A stretch of DNA of 64,000 bases from NCBI GenBank assembly GCA_904063045.1, contig CAJFCJ010000004.1, positions 556,195 to 620,194 on the forward strand, in the 5' to 3' direction. The position numbers and the translations under genes are program-made. The notes beneath the pieces were generated by a model. The model was not told the DNA's origin. It saw only the letters and a program-made list of their open reading frames with translations, and did no database searches. This DNA comes from Dimorphilus gyrociliatus. Lineage: Eukaryota > Animalia > Annelida. Within the stretch, counting starts at the first letter, position 1, and the number at the start of each line of letters is the position of its first letter. This document shows, in pieces, positions 1 to 14,130 of this stretch.

Positions 1-1561
1 AACTTATGTAACAGTAAGGCAATTGTTAAGGGTATAACGCTCTACGTCTTCGTAATCCTTTTCCGGATCCGGGATCAGTTGAAAAGGGCGGACCGGACAA
101 ATAATAGCCCGCATCGACCCCCATCAAGAACCGAAGCTAACAAATAATATAGTAGTAAATAAACAGACGAAATTTCCCGCTTACCAATGACAAAACTATT
201 AAATTTGAGAAAATTACTTAATTAATTCTCCTACGTCCTGTTGTAGTTTCTTTTTATTTTAAGGATAAAAAACTAATTGAATAGATAAGCGTCACTTTTT
301 CTTATCTGTTTGTTGTCTGTCCCTCAATCTCCTCCTCATATTCATTTCAGCTCTTCGTTTCTATTCCTAAAAAGAGAAGCGTGATAAAAAAATTAAAACG
401 AAAAGACATAAATAAAGGAGAGATCGTATTTGTTAAGAAACAATTCTAACCAAGTTTTCCCACCTTCTCAAGTGGTTCAAGTGTTGGATGCTAAGGAATC
501 GAATAGGTTAAATTGATTTCTCCATTTTAGAGTAATATGAATCTTAAAGATTTGTGATTTTCGTTTGGTTAATAAAGCTTCCGGTATAATCGTTAGAAGA
601 GACTCTCCAATTTCGGCCTTTGAACGATTTTGAACGAAAATCAATAGAATTGGACTAATTATTGGACTGAAATGTTCATCTATCGGCTTTAATTTACGTG
701 AAAATGTATTGCAAATTCTCCCAATAAGGCCTATAGTTTCTCAACCGTTTTAATTTATGCAAAAGTCTATTCCTTTGACATGCCCTAGGTTCAGACTTAA
801 TACGTTACTTTAATTCGGCGAGTTTCATCTCCCCCTTGGACACGCCAATTCGAAGGTTAACCGATATAAATATAAAAGAGAATTATTATACCAATTTATA
901 TAATGTTTTTTAACAAACTACTCTATAAATGACATACATTTTGAGCAAACTATACAATTTCTAGATAATTTAGAAGCTTTAAACTCGAGTATTAACCGTT
1001 CGATTTGTCATTATTAAAAAAATTCGTGCGAGAATTTTTAAACAATCATAGTAGTCTTTTACGGGTAAAACTCCAATCAATAGAAGCTTCCCTGGAGAAT
1101 TTTAAAATATAGGTCAAAATTGACGAACATATTATAATGTTAAAGACGAAAGAAATAAAAAGGAAAAAACATTTTTTTAAAAAAAAAAAGTAATAAAAAA
1201 ACTAAAAATCAAACAAACATTTAATAGAGCTTTGTCTTAATTTTGTTTAAATTAAAGATTATATAGAGGAAATAATACTAATTTGTATAGAAAAAAGTTC
1301 TTGCTTTTTATATCAAAATTCGATCAAATATGCTTATGATTTGAAAATATTAAGTATTAATAGAAAAATACACTGTATTATAGGGTTTTACCGGATAAGA
1401 AAACAGGAAATTGCCTATATACACAAAAATGCCATAATGAATAATTCACAAAATACATAAATGTATATATATATAAATTTATATATTACTACTGTAAAAA
1501 AAATATAGTACATTGACCACTCTAAACTAAGCTGTACCACAAATATATATATTTATATACA

Positions 1562-1562
<1 letters not shown>

Positions 1563-1608
<46 letters not shown>
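1563..1608. repeat. (TA)n microsatellite
   Basis: About 23 uninterrupted TA units. Confidence 0.95.
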
Positions 1609-1610
<2 letters not shown>

Positions 1611-2218
1611 TATAGATACACTATATATATATTCATCATCATTCTTGACTTCAAAAGATATGCAATAGTAGGCCTAGTTTCACTTAGAAAAACTCATCCC
1701 ATTCTTCCTATATAAACAGATTCACCAGGGAATGCAGCAATAAGGAAGCGAGTGACTAGAGAGTCAGCCAACTGCAAAGATTTAAAGTAACTTATCTGCC
1801 TGAAAACTACTAATCGAAAAATTTCCAGTAAATTTAGTAGATAAGGAAAAAAAACTGTATACTTTGTATAAGTAACATACATTTATAATAGTAATATTAT
1901 AGTTAGGATTAGTTTTTATCTATCTATCTATCTATCTCTATCTACGCTTTCAAAAACATTACATAAATATTTGACATCCACGCAAAATTCAATTATACGA
2001 TTATGAGAAAATTTATGATACATAGTCTAATTCTCCATTCCTGAGGATGAACGATGCTTGAACACGGAACGAGCGAAAAGCCATTCGTAGCGACAAAGTT
2101 GTACAAGTAAAATGATGATTGGTCTCGATCACTATAAGACATGTTGGATTTCTGGTGACAAAGTTTTGAGAACATCACCAAAAATACCAAACATATCAGA
2201 TCGTGTCGGGAAAGATAC

Positions 2219-2250
2219 TGGCTAAGCACGCTATGCACGCTCCTTTTATA
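2219..2250 (-). promoter_or_regulatory. TATA box plus initiator core promoter
   Basis: TATAAAAG at 2250-2243 on the - strand and CCAGT Inr with the A at 2219, 31 nt from the first T. ETS motifs lie upstream at 2351 and 2375. Confidence 0.55.
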
Positions 2251-3315
2251 TTTGTTCGCGTACACTTACAATTAATTAATATACATGAGGTTTTTATCGC
2301 TTATATCAACGAATTACACGGCTTCCAATTATCGCGCGGCTGACAAACGCCACTTCCGTATGCGGGTTTAGGGTACTTCCGGTCGAAATTTCCTTGCCTT
2401 TGTTTGGTTGGTAGAAAAGACCGAGAGTTTTAGGAAAAATGCGACGGATAGTAGTATGTGCGAGCCTATTCGACATTTTGACCGACATTGACAAACTGTG
2501 ACCAAAGTTCACTTGTTCTCATAGTTTTAATATTTTTCGACGTGTATTTCACACGGAACAGCTAGAAAATAAGCAACTAATTGCCTTTGGGTTAATTAGA
2601 TAATGACTAGAGTCTGATAATTGTAACTATACGCTGATTATCGTCTAATTATTATAAAGTAGTCAAACTAAACAGTTATCATAATAGGCTGAGGAATAAT
2701 TAGCGTAAATTTAAATACAATAAACAAAATACAGCGAAATTCTTATCAGAACAAACCCTGACAAACTTCCGTCTCCATAATTTTGTTAACTTCTAATCGC
2801 ATGGCAAACGAAACTGATATTCGAAACCACGTCTGCTGTGTAGTAAGTCATGTGACAAAGGGTTATCGATTTCGTAAGAACAAAATGCATACGATTTAGT
2901 GAATCAATTTCTTTAAGAGATTCTTGAAAGGTGATTGTAAATATTTTCATTAACGTATCAATTTTTATATTCTTATACTTTTCTATAAAAATTGGCGGGA
3001 AATTTTTTAAAATATTATATGTGAAGGAAACTTTTTTTTTCCCTCTATTTTTATTATGTCTATTTTTAGATTGCATCTAAATACAGTTAAACAAGCCGAT
3101 TATTCATATCATTGTTATATTTTTTCAATTCTCCTTATGTTAAGTTTCCAATTAAGAAATATTTGGAGTAATCGAATTAAAAGATAGATGTGTGAAATGC
3201 GATAGATGACACTAGTTATTACTTAACGGTAACCTTTTTGCGATTACCTGACTTAACCGGTTGAAGCGCGTGTTCAGCATTGATATTGCGGAATATCGAG
3301 TAACACTGTTGTAAA

Positions 3316-4540
<1,225 letters not shown>

Positions 4541-5703
4541 TAAATAATGAAGAATTCCAGAATGTATTGATCCTAAAGATACACAAAAATATGTATATAT
4601 ATCTATATATATATATAAGTGCAGCTTATATTGTATACTGTATATGCTGTCGGGTGAAAAGAAAAGAAACTGCTATTGTAAATATGAGTTATTGTATGTA
4701 TAAGGAGTTTTGTCTAATGTATTTAATAAACATAGAGAGAATTTAATATATTTAATGCTATTTATGACGTGTTTTAGTACGAAAAGATACTTACCCCACA
4801 AGTAAAAAGTTTAAACGAATATAAATCGCTGTAATAAATAGCGAATACACTTATCTAATGATTTAAGCTAAGCTTGACGTATGAAAGTATATATTCAGTT
4901 TCAAGTGATACATTACTTTGTTTCTATTTACGAATAGCTATTTTACCCGTTATATGTTAAAATATACAATAGTTTTCATCTTTTATCATCTCCCGAAATA
5001 CTTATCTCTTTACAAGCCTATTATTCTTAATTTATCATATATATCCTCAGAGACGAATATTATCTATAAATAATTTATTACTATAAATTAGCAGTCTTGT
5101 TTTTTTGTTTTTTACGTGAAAAGATATCCTGTAGATATTGCCTATTGTATTTTAAAGAGACATTAACAGAAAGAGGGAATGAATGGGAAGAAGAAGCCAA
5201 ATGAAATAAAGAGGGGACGAAGAAAACCTTGACGATTATCATTATTCGCATTCTCTATATTCTAAAAATAGGCTTAATTTATAATATTATAATATTTATT
5301 TTATAAATATGTTAAACCTTGTTTTCATCATCGTTTGCTAGCAAACTGTAAAGATACTTAAGATTATTATGAATTGAAAATTACTACACTACTCTGTCCC
5401 ATTAATCTTTAGAAACTACTTGAAAATCGGCGTAAACATGTTATTTATGACCAAACTTAGTATAAATTGTCTACTTCGGTTAAATTCCATTATTTACTTA
5501 ACGTAAAATTACTTTTTAATAATGAAAAAAAATCTTATTGGTAAACTTTAAAATGTCAAACTTGCACCTTATCTAATTATTTGATATCTTGTAACAAGAA
5601 TCGTCTCAAAAATAGCCTTAGGGAATAGAAGAAGGAGGAAGGAGGAAAAAAAGCACATGGATAAATAGACGCATACTCAATTACTCAGAGACGAAAGGGA
5701 GGA

Positions 5704-5748
5704 AGAGAGAGAGAGAGAGAGAGAGAGTGTGTGTGTGTGTGTGTGTGT
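5704..5748. repeat. Compound (AG)n(TG)n microsatellite
   Basis: Visible directly. Confidence 0.95.
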
Positions 5749-7468
5749 TTGCTATGTGGACCAATACAGTATATTATAGACTGTATATATATATTAGAAT
5801 ATATAGCTTTTATTCCCCAATCATTCATTTTTTAATAAATTCCTTAAACTAATGAACTTTTCAAATTAAAGTTGACGAAAGACAATTACTTCAAATTATC
5901 TTATCGATCAATAAACCTCATGGAGGAAAAATCTTTCTCGTTAGTTCGATTGAGATACGTCGATTCCTTTCATATCCAAAAGCTAACAAAGAGATCGAAT
6001 ATGCTTACATTTTAATGATGTATTGGAATAATAATTCTAAATATAGACATCATTCAGAGGTAGAATTATTGGGAAAATAGTGCTAATACTTTGGAGCTTA
6101 AGGGCAAGATATTAAAGCTTCTTAGCATCCCGAAAGCAACGTAATAATTGGTTTTATAGTTGCAATAAATTGGTTTGACCTTATTTTTAGCGGTAACATA
6201 TAACTCTGGCTACTTTAGGCGTATTTAATAAAAAAAAACGTATAATTTTGAATGAATGAACGAAGATTTAATGAATTGCAATTCATTCATCCATTTTCTA
6301 GTATTTCCTCGCTCGATAAACATCTAGAAGAAACTCTAAAACGGTTTTCAAGGATACATTTCTTTTATGGCTAATTGAATAGAAATATCCTAAATATAGA
6401 GTCTTAATCATAATTATTTAAACGTGCGGTTTGTCAGCTTAGACTTTAATCTTAGAACGTCGATGAAGACCTAAAAATTTTGGAGTTATATTTTCAATTT
6501 GGTCCATAGCTGATTGGTCGATCAATGGGCGTTGTCTAATGTTGATTGGATATTAGAACTGCATAAATATAAGGATTTATCATCTTGGACAATCATAATC
6601 GTTTAGTTCGATGAGGATACATGAAAACAGGCTTGAAATGTGGTTGGATTTTTAAATTTGTCTAATTGCATAACGAGTCTTACTTCATGTAAATTCGTAA
6701 AGATTGACGCTAACATTCTTTCACAAAATCACCTTTTTATGAGTTGTATAAATGCAGGCTCAATATTTGACTAGAAATTAAAGCATTTAGCCAAGTTTTG
6801 GGCCTTATTTATACATTTCATTAGCCTCGAATAAATTTGAAAAACAAACATGAAAGTGCAATTTATTTAATAAATTAGATAATTAAATAAAATCTAGGTG
6901 TAAACAATTTCTAAGATATAAATAACTTTCTATAAAATAAATAGGTTATTTTATTCATAAAAGACTTATATATAAAATGAATAGCTCTTTCCTATCTTTT
7001 AGAATTGATAACTAAAGTTACCTTACACTTTTTTTTTTAAAAAAAAAAATATTTATAATTATTAGAAAGACTTTTATTTAATGTATTGAAACTAGATTGT
7101 TAAAAATAGAAGATTTTAGTTTATATTTAGTATTTATAATCCACATATACCATATTTTAAATTGTAATATCCTTTTTTAAGTAATTGAAAGCGATAAGTC
7201 TGTCATTTACCAAAAATATACTTGTTTTGTTTGTTTTGTTAATAAAGACAAACTGAATGAGATTGTTATTGTAAAAATATGCATATTTTAGATCTTTTTA
7301 TGTAGATTACAAATCCTAAAAAAATTTGACTTCAAGATAAAACTTTTTTTTTTTAAAAAAAAAGAAGGAAAACCGTTAAAAATTTAATCCGAGTTGCGTA
7401 TGTTTGTTTGCATGTTTGTAAATTTTTTTTGATATGTCCTCTCCTATTTACCCTATAGGGGAAAACTT

Positions 7469-7494
7469 TATATATATATATATATATATATATA
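7469..7494. repeat. (TA)n microsatellite
   Basis: Visible directly. Confidence 0.9.
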
Positions 7495-8629
7495 CTATAT
7501 ACGTATTTGCATAAATATTTGATACAAACAGACACAAATACCGCCTTATCGGAAAAATCTTATTGGCTAAAGACAACAGTACAAAATTGCTGATTGGCGG
7601 TGGAAATGGGTGAAAGAGAAAATATTTCATGAAGTTTATCTCTAGTTGAGTATCAAAAGTATATAAATCTGAAGAAATGATTTTAATCGGATTTGTATTG
7701 AACTAGAATAATAGTTTCTAGTTTGTTTCTGAGCAGTAACTACTAGTTATAAACCCTTTTTCTTATCAATTTGTTCGGCTGGTTGTCCTAAATTCAAATT
7801 CATTATTTGTCTAAAGCTAAGAAAATAATATTTAAATCGTTTTAGCCAAGTTTTGAGTTTGTGTTTAAGCATTCAAAAATAATTGAACAAAAGATGAAAT
7901 ATTAGAAGAAACATATTAGAATAAAGACGAGAAAAGATAGATTAAACAAAACGACGAAAGTATTTTATTAAAACTTGGAAACAATAGTAAGTTCGCTGTG
8001 TGGTTCTTTTATTATAAATAGACCATTTAATAATATTAAGTGCTAGTGACAAGTCATATTTCTTATCTCTAGTGTAATTGTATGGTCTGAAATCGAATGA
8101 TAATGATAAGCTGCTTGTGTGGTCTAACAAGATAATTAGAAATCTTATAAGAAATAGGTTACCTACGTACGAAGTTATCATCAATTTTTACATTCAAGAG
8201 AATTGAATTTTATATTTCTTTTGTATGAATCTCATACAATCCGCTCAAAACAATCATAGATTATCACATGCAAGAAAATAAACATATATATATATTTAAA
8301 TATACAAAATAAATATAAATTCATGAATATTTTCTAAGCTAAAATCAAGTAAAAAAAAAAAGAAGGTAAACCAACAATATAAAAAAATAAAAAATGTACA
8401 TAATTAGGGCAAAAAAAAAAAAGAAAAAACAATTTTACCTACTGCATAATGCAGAAATAGCAATTACGAAAAAGTGAGTTGACGCGTCTTAAGTTTCTTT
8501 TTTCAAAAACAAAGAGAACATTCTCACAAAAAAAATTCAACATAAGTTTTTGTGAATATATTTGAATTAAACTTTAAGAAAAAATACTTAAAATGTTTTC
8601 TCGTGTTGTTTTTTTTTTTTTTCATCATT

Positions 8630-10876
8630 TCAAGATTTTCCCGGTTTTTCATTATTACTCGAATTAAAAAAGGATTTTTGGGAAGCCTGAGAAAAAGCTG
8701 ATGACATTAATGACTGTGTAAGAGAAAAAAAAAGCAATAACGTTATTTAAATATATATATAGAAAATAATTATCATTACCGATGTTGCAGCATGACTCAA
8801 AATTGACTGATTTTGCATCAATTGATGATGTATATCGGAAGTATTACCAAGTTTATTGGTACTTTTCGTATCACTGAACGACATTGACCCTGATGTAACT
8901 GAAAGATTATTTAAAAGATTTGAAATATTTTAAAGGTGAATTTAAGAATGTATATGTCCTTACGTGAATTTGTAAAGGAAGCGATTGACAACGTATTTGA
9001 TGGTTTATTCGCTTCATTCTAGAAATATTTTATTAAATTATCTCTTATTTCAACAATATCTACTCTGAATAATTGATACTTACTCTTACAGATGTCGTTA
9101 TTGAACTCGACATCTGAGCGTCTAAGCCAGTAACTCCTCCTTGCGCACCAAGAGCGGCGGTAGCGGATAAAGGCAATGACAGACGAGCATTTATTGATAA
9201 AAGTTGCTCCTTTTTCATAACCAATCTTGAGATCTGTTCTTCTAACTTCATATTCTCGTGCTGTAGTTGGTAAAGACATTGAATCATAGCTGCAATATCG
9301 AAATGCTGAGAGGTTTGTTCCAGCATAAATTGGGAGGATTGTTCCCATTGTCGTTCCAATAACTGTTCCATTGTTGTTGGCATTTGAGAATTTGAGCTAA
9401 ATGAAGTCAGAGATTGAAGGAGAGATTGTTTGTTTTTCAGTCCTGGTTTTAGAGGGGTAAAAAGGCCTGAGCTAGTTTTTCCATCTATGAAAAAAGAGAA
9501 ATGATTGAAAAGTATAAGTCTTATGCCAAAAATTATTTATTTTTTCATATCTTACCCACTGCAGCTGATGAATTAGCATTTGAATTTGAATTTGAATTAG
9601 AATTTGCCGTACTGACCAAAGAAGATAATTTTGGAGTATTATCAACACTAGATGATGCAGATGTAGAGCCCGAAGATTTTTCTTTTCTAGACTTTTTGGC
9701 AGGAATTTTATTTTTAACGTCGTCACCAGAACTTGACGGATTAGTTAAATAATCTTTGACGGTTTTTGTAGGAGATTTAGTCCTTTTTTGTTGTTTCTTC
9801 TTTTCCATCGATAACGGTTTTTCTTTTTCCTTTTCTTTCTCCTTCTCTTTCTCCTTCTCTTTTTCTTTCTCTCTCTCTCTTTCCCTGTCTTTCTCCTTAT
9901 CTTTTTCTTTTTCTTTTTCTTTCTCCTTTTCTGTATCCTTATCTTCTTTTCTAAGCGCGACAAGTTATAAAGAAATGAGACGGTCACCCTATAATATAAT
10001 TTTTATCTAATTTTCAAAGCTTTTTCTTACTTTTTCGAATCAGAATTTGGGTTTTGCTTAACAAAAGTATCAAATGAATACGAATAGGCAGAAGTATTCG
10101 GTAGGAACTGCGACGATGGTTTAGTAGTGGCACTCATTTCCTTCGGAGGTGCTTTTAACGCAGCCTTATTTTGAGTCTGCTTATTCTCCGACGAGGAAGA
10201 AGAACTGGAAGATTCTGTAGATGAACTACTGGCTGTTGAAGATGAAGAATTCTTTCTTGAGTGTTCTCCCTTCTTCTTCTATTAAACAAAAAATGGAAGA
10301 TTAATTAAAGCAATTGCAAAAAAAAAAAATACAGATAATGACGAGAAGATATGAATATTCAACAAAACAATATAAATTTTAAAGGCAATTTATTTACAGC
10401 AATTTTTTCATCAGTATTAGATTTAATTTCTTGGAAATTAGCTGATGTAAACTTTGAAGTGGAAGATGAATTACTTTCTCGACCCTAAAAAATATAAAAA
10501 CAAAAAAACATTACAAAACTATTTAATAATATCATTCAATTCTTCAAAATATGTGTATCAATATAAACAAATATGAAATACAATGATATGTTCTAGTCGT
10601 CTTAATCTAGACTAAACTAAAAATGATCTATCTCCAAAAATGAACAAAGCAAATGAAGAGAAATATATACATATATATTTATATACAGTATTTAGGAATA
10701 CAAGTTCTAATAGGTGGCGCTTTTATTGTAAATCATATTTCATACTGAATTTATATTTTTCAAGTTACATTTAAAAAATGAAAGAGAGAAAAGTAAAAGA
10801 CAAAAACAAGATAAATAAAGATAGAAAAAAGCTAGAGAGAATTAGACGAAAAGATAAAAGAAATTTAAATATAAAA

Positions 10877-10913
<37 letters not shown>

Positions 10914-13202
10914 AAGAGGCTAATAGATAGAGATATTTAATATCTTTAACAATTATAAAAAATTTTAAGCAAAGAAGAGTAGGCTTTTAATCACTCATCT
11001 CTTGTCATTATAGATTTTGTAACAGACTTATAATTGAATTAGAAAGCAATTATATGACACCACCTACTAAGCTTGAAACCGTAATTATTTAAGCATTTGA
11101 AAAATAGTCAATTTGTGTTTACTATTTAATACATTTAACAATTAAAATATTACTAAATTAATAATATACTGTATATATATATGTATAAAATGATAAAATA
11201 GATTTATAAAACTATCCATATAAAGCTTATTATTACTTTTTTTAGCTGTATCTATATGTTGTACGTTTAATAAATATGATATATAAAATAAATAAAAAAA
11301 TAACAATGATTTCTTTCTCGTTTAAAACTAGAAATATTTACGAGATTAAGCAGATGATTAAATGAATTGATTTTTGACCAATATTTTGAACGTTTCATAC
11401 CTTTTCCGGCGACTTGTCGGATTCAGCGACCGGTTTAAATGCCGGAATGACCTTAATGTATGTTCCATCTCGCTTCTGTTCGTGAACGTTCGTCGAAAAA
11501 ATATATTAAAGTTAAAAAAGTTTCGAACGTTTTACAGAATAATAATAATAATAATAATATAAATTTAAATAATCGCTTATCATGGCGACACTTTTCTTAT
11601 TTAAAAAATATAAACTACAAAGAGAGAGAGAGAGAGATAGTGAGGGAAAGAGAGAGAGAGAGAGAGAGAAAGAGATAAATAGAGAAAAGAAAGAAAAACA
11701 TAATTATTGACTTAAATATATGGAAAAGAGAGCTTATAATTTGTAGAATAACCTAAATTAAATTGCCAAGATATTCGGGATAAGAAAGAAAGTAATATAT
11801 ATATATATATATATATATTTATACATATTACATACTTTTAATTAATTTAAGGAAATTGTGGAAAAAAATCAAGGAATGCAAATAATTAAAAATACTTTTT
11901 TTAAATCTGTTGGTCGCCAAGTCAAAATAAAAAAAAAAATAATACGAAAGATAAAAAATATCCATTTTTTTATCTAATTTTACAATAAAAACTGACCAAT
12001 TTCCTTAAATGCTGATTGCAGTATCCGCAGTACTTGACATTGTCCATCATTGCTCCCTGCTCTTCGCACAATAGACCAACAGACTGAGCACATGTCACGT
12101 GAAAATACAGCTTACAACCAGGTTTGTTGCATTGCATACAAGCTCCGGTCGTGGCTTTGCTTGCTCTGTTGTTTTGTTCGCAGACGTAACATGTCTGTAA
12201 AGTATAAAGAATTTCCCATATATATAAATATATATATATATATATTTATGAATGTATAAAAGGCGAATGTATTAGTAAACGATATCAAAACCTTTCCGTA
12301 TCTTTCATCAGGAACACTCTTAAGTATAATAGGCTCCATAGTTTCTACGTTACCAAACCAAGCTTCAGGAATATAGAGGGAACAAACAACGTGACACCAC
12401 CCATTACTGTCTGTTCGTTTCATGGCACCCTCTCTTTGAGGACATAATTCACATTTCTAAAGGAGGAATAATCATAAATTAGATGAAAGATTAATCTTTT
12501 GAAATGGGCAAACATCACTTTAGAAAGATAATTAGGAAAACAATATTTTAAAAGGAATATTATTAATAGTATTCTGAGTTTTCTGCTAGTTACAATATGT
12601 GTAAAAAAAGATACAGAATATATCATCTATTACATTTACAAACAAATACAAACACTTTCATCATATTCAAGTCAATAGGTGCAAAACTTGTTTTTAATAT
12701 TATCTTTTTTACTATAGTATATTATATATTTATGTAAGCTATTTGTTACTAAAGTACATTAGATAGTAATTTTCTTACTAGATTTATATGTTTACATTGT
12801 AAATGTAGTTTATTTAGATTTTTCTTTTTTTATGTTTAAAATAACTTCCATTTTGATTATGAATGTTGAAGTGTTTGTTTTGATTACATATTTTCACTCT
12901 TATCACTAGTCTACGTTGGTATAATGTACTTTTGTACTTACTACTCGAGCTGCTCTTTCTTGAGATTCACATTTTCTGCAATACCATGGTCCAGTCGGTA
13001 CTGATATTATTCCGTAGCATGCTATAACAAGAGATCATTGTATTTAGGGAATGTTTAACCTTATTGCTGCAATACATTTAGCGGGAAACGAACCTTGGTG
13101 AACAGCAACCGTGCACTGCGAACCATCGCAGTAAACCAACGGATTTTCGTCCCATCCTCTTTCATCGGCACAAACACAGCATCCTCCTATCATCTCTTTC
13201 AT
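8630..13202 (-). CDS. MLLT10: AF10/AF17 (MLLT10/Alhambra) PZP-domain and OM-LZ protein, DOT1L partner; about 11 exons
   Basis: N-terminus [27 protein letters not shown]...CTVAVHQACYGI...[33 protein letters not shown]...[12 protein letters not shown] (PHD-Zn knuckle-PHD); exon 11401-11475 [15 protein letters not shown]; octapeptide EQLLERQW plus leucine zipper at 9060-9383; last exons near 8965-9020, 8780-8900 and 8630-8715 end EKPGKS*. Confidence 0.95.
10881..10908. repeat. (AG)n microsatellite in an MLLT10 intron
   Basis: Visible directly; further (AAT)n and (AG)n tracts at 11537-11670. Confidence 0.9.
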
Positions 13203-13355
13203 GATTATTTTCGATTTGTGTAAAAAATAATTGATAATGTTTCAGTATTTGTTAAACAGTCTGCCATGTTGTTGGTGTGGGGTTGTCTAAGGTTTCTCTT
13301 CATTTCAAAGCGTACATTTCGTTACGGATCTCGGTACCAGTTTCAGTGTCATTTT

Positions 13356-13363
13356 ACTTCCGG
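13356..13363. promoter_or_regulatory. ETS/GABP motif (CCGGAAGT) upstream of MLLT10
   Basis: ACTTCCGG 154 bp upstream of the ATG; the same motif occurs upstream of SUPV3L1, MAEL and the 56 kb orphan. Confidence 0.55.
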
Positions 13364-14130
13364 TTACTCTGCTTCGCGCGGCTGATATTTCTACGCGAAA
13401 TATTCAAAAATCAATTACGATAACTAAACGTACAATTTGATTATATTACATAATACATTTTCAATAATTGTTAATAATGGTGTTTTACACTTTTCAATTG
13501 GAATTTTTAATGATCAATGTCTATTTTCAAACATTACACAATAACAATACTATTTATTATGAATAGTTACACCCACATTATGAAAAAAAACCTGACTCTT
13601 GCAGTTTTTTCGAAAAATTTTGAGTATTTGGTGTTCTTCCCTGTCAAGATTACCTCAGCTCTATATACTTTCTGAACTAAGGAGTGACGGATTTCCAAAA
13701 TCAGTTGTTAAATTTCTAACATATTCTCAGAAACCAATTTTTCCAATTACGTAACGAAACTACGAAACAAAAACTCCCCATCTAAGTATATATAACTAAT
13801 TAGGACATCAATAACCTTGCTAAAGTTTATTAAATAAAATAATTTAATAATGTAAACAACAACAATCACAAACTGTTAAATTTTGAAAATATTTTGAGGT
13901 AAATCATCTAAATTATTTATAACACTTTGATTTTTGCATATACCTTATTTGTCCTTAAGTTTCTATAAATAGATATGAGTCATGGCACTCGTGAAAATAT
14001 ATGTATATAAATATAGTATTTCTCATTATAACGACATTAATAAGTTAAAGCTACTACTGAATGCATTAAGTAAGTGTACATATCCCGTTTTTAGAATAAA
14101 AACATCTTAACCATTTCTTCTGTTTATAGA

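Noticed and set aside
28-380. Possible - strand exons near the left edge (LRFLMGVDAGYYLSGPPFSTDPGSG...; an E-rich stretch at 300-370)
   Set aside because: Short, no recognisable homology, and no consistent splice phase could be established.
2306-3076. ORFs 2306-2512 and 2786-3076 (-)
   Set aside because: They overlap promoter or AT-rich intergenic sequence, use non-ATG starts or have biased composition, and lack motifs.
9501-10010. + strand ORFs rich in FS/FE repeats
   Set aside because: Antisense shadows of the low-complexity AF10 exon.
11404-11447. GC-rich inverted repeat (TTCCGGC...GCCGGAA) in an AF10 intron, suggesting a snoRNA or miRNA hairpin
   Set aside because: It is a 75-nt coding exon (11475-11401, [25 protein letters not shown]) with canonical splice sites.
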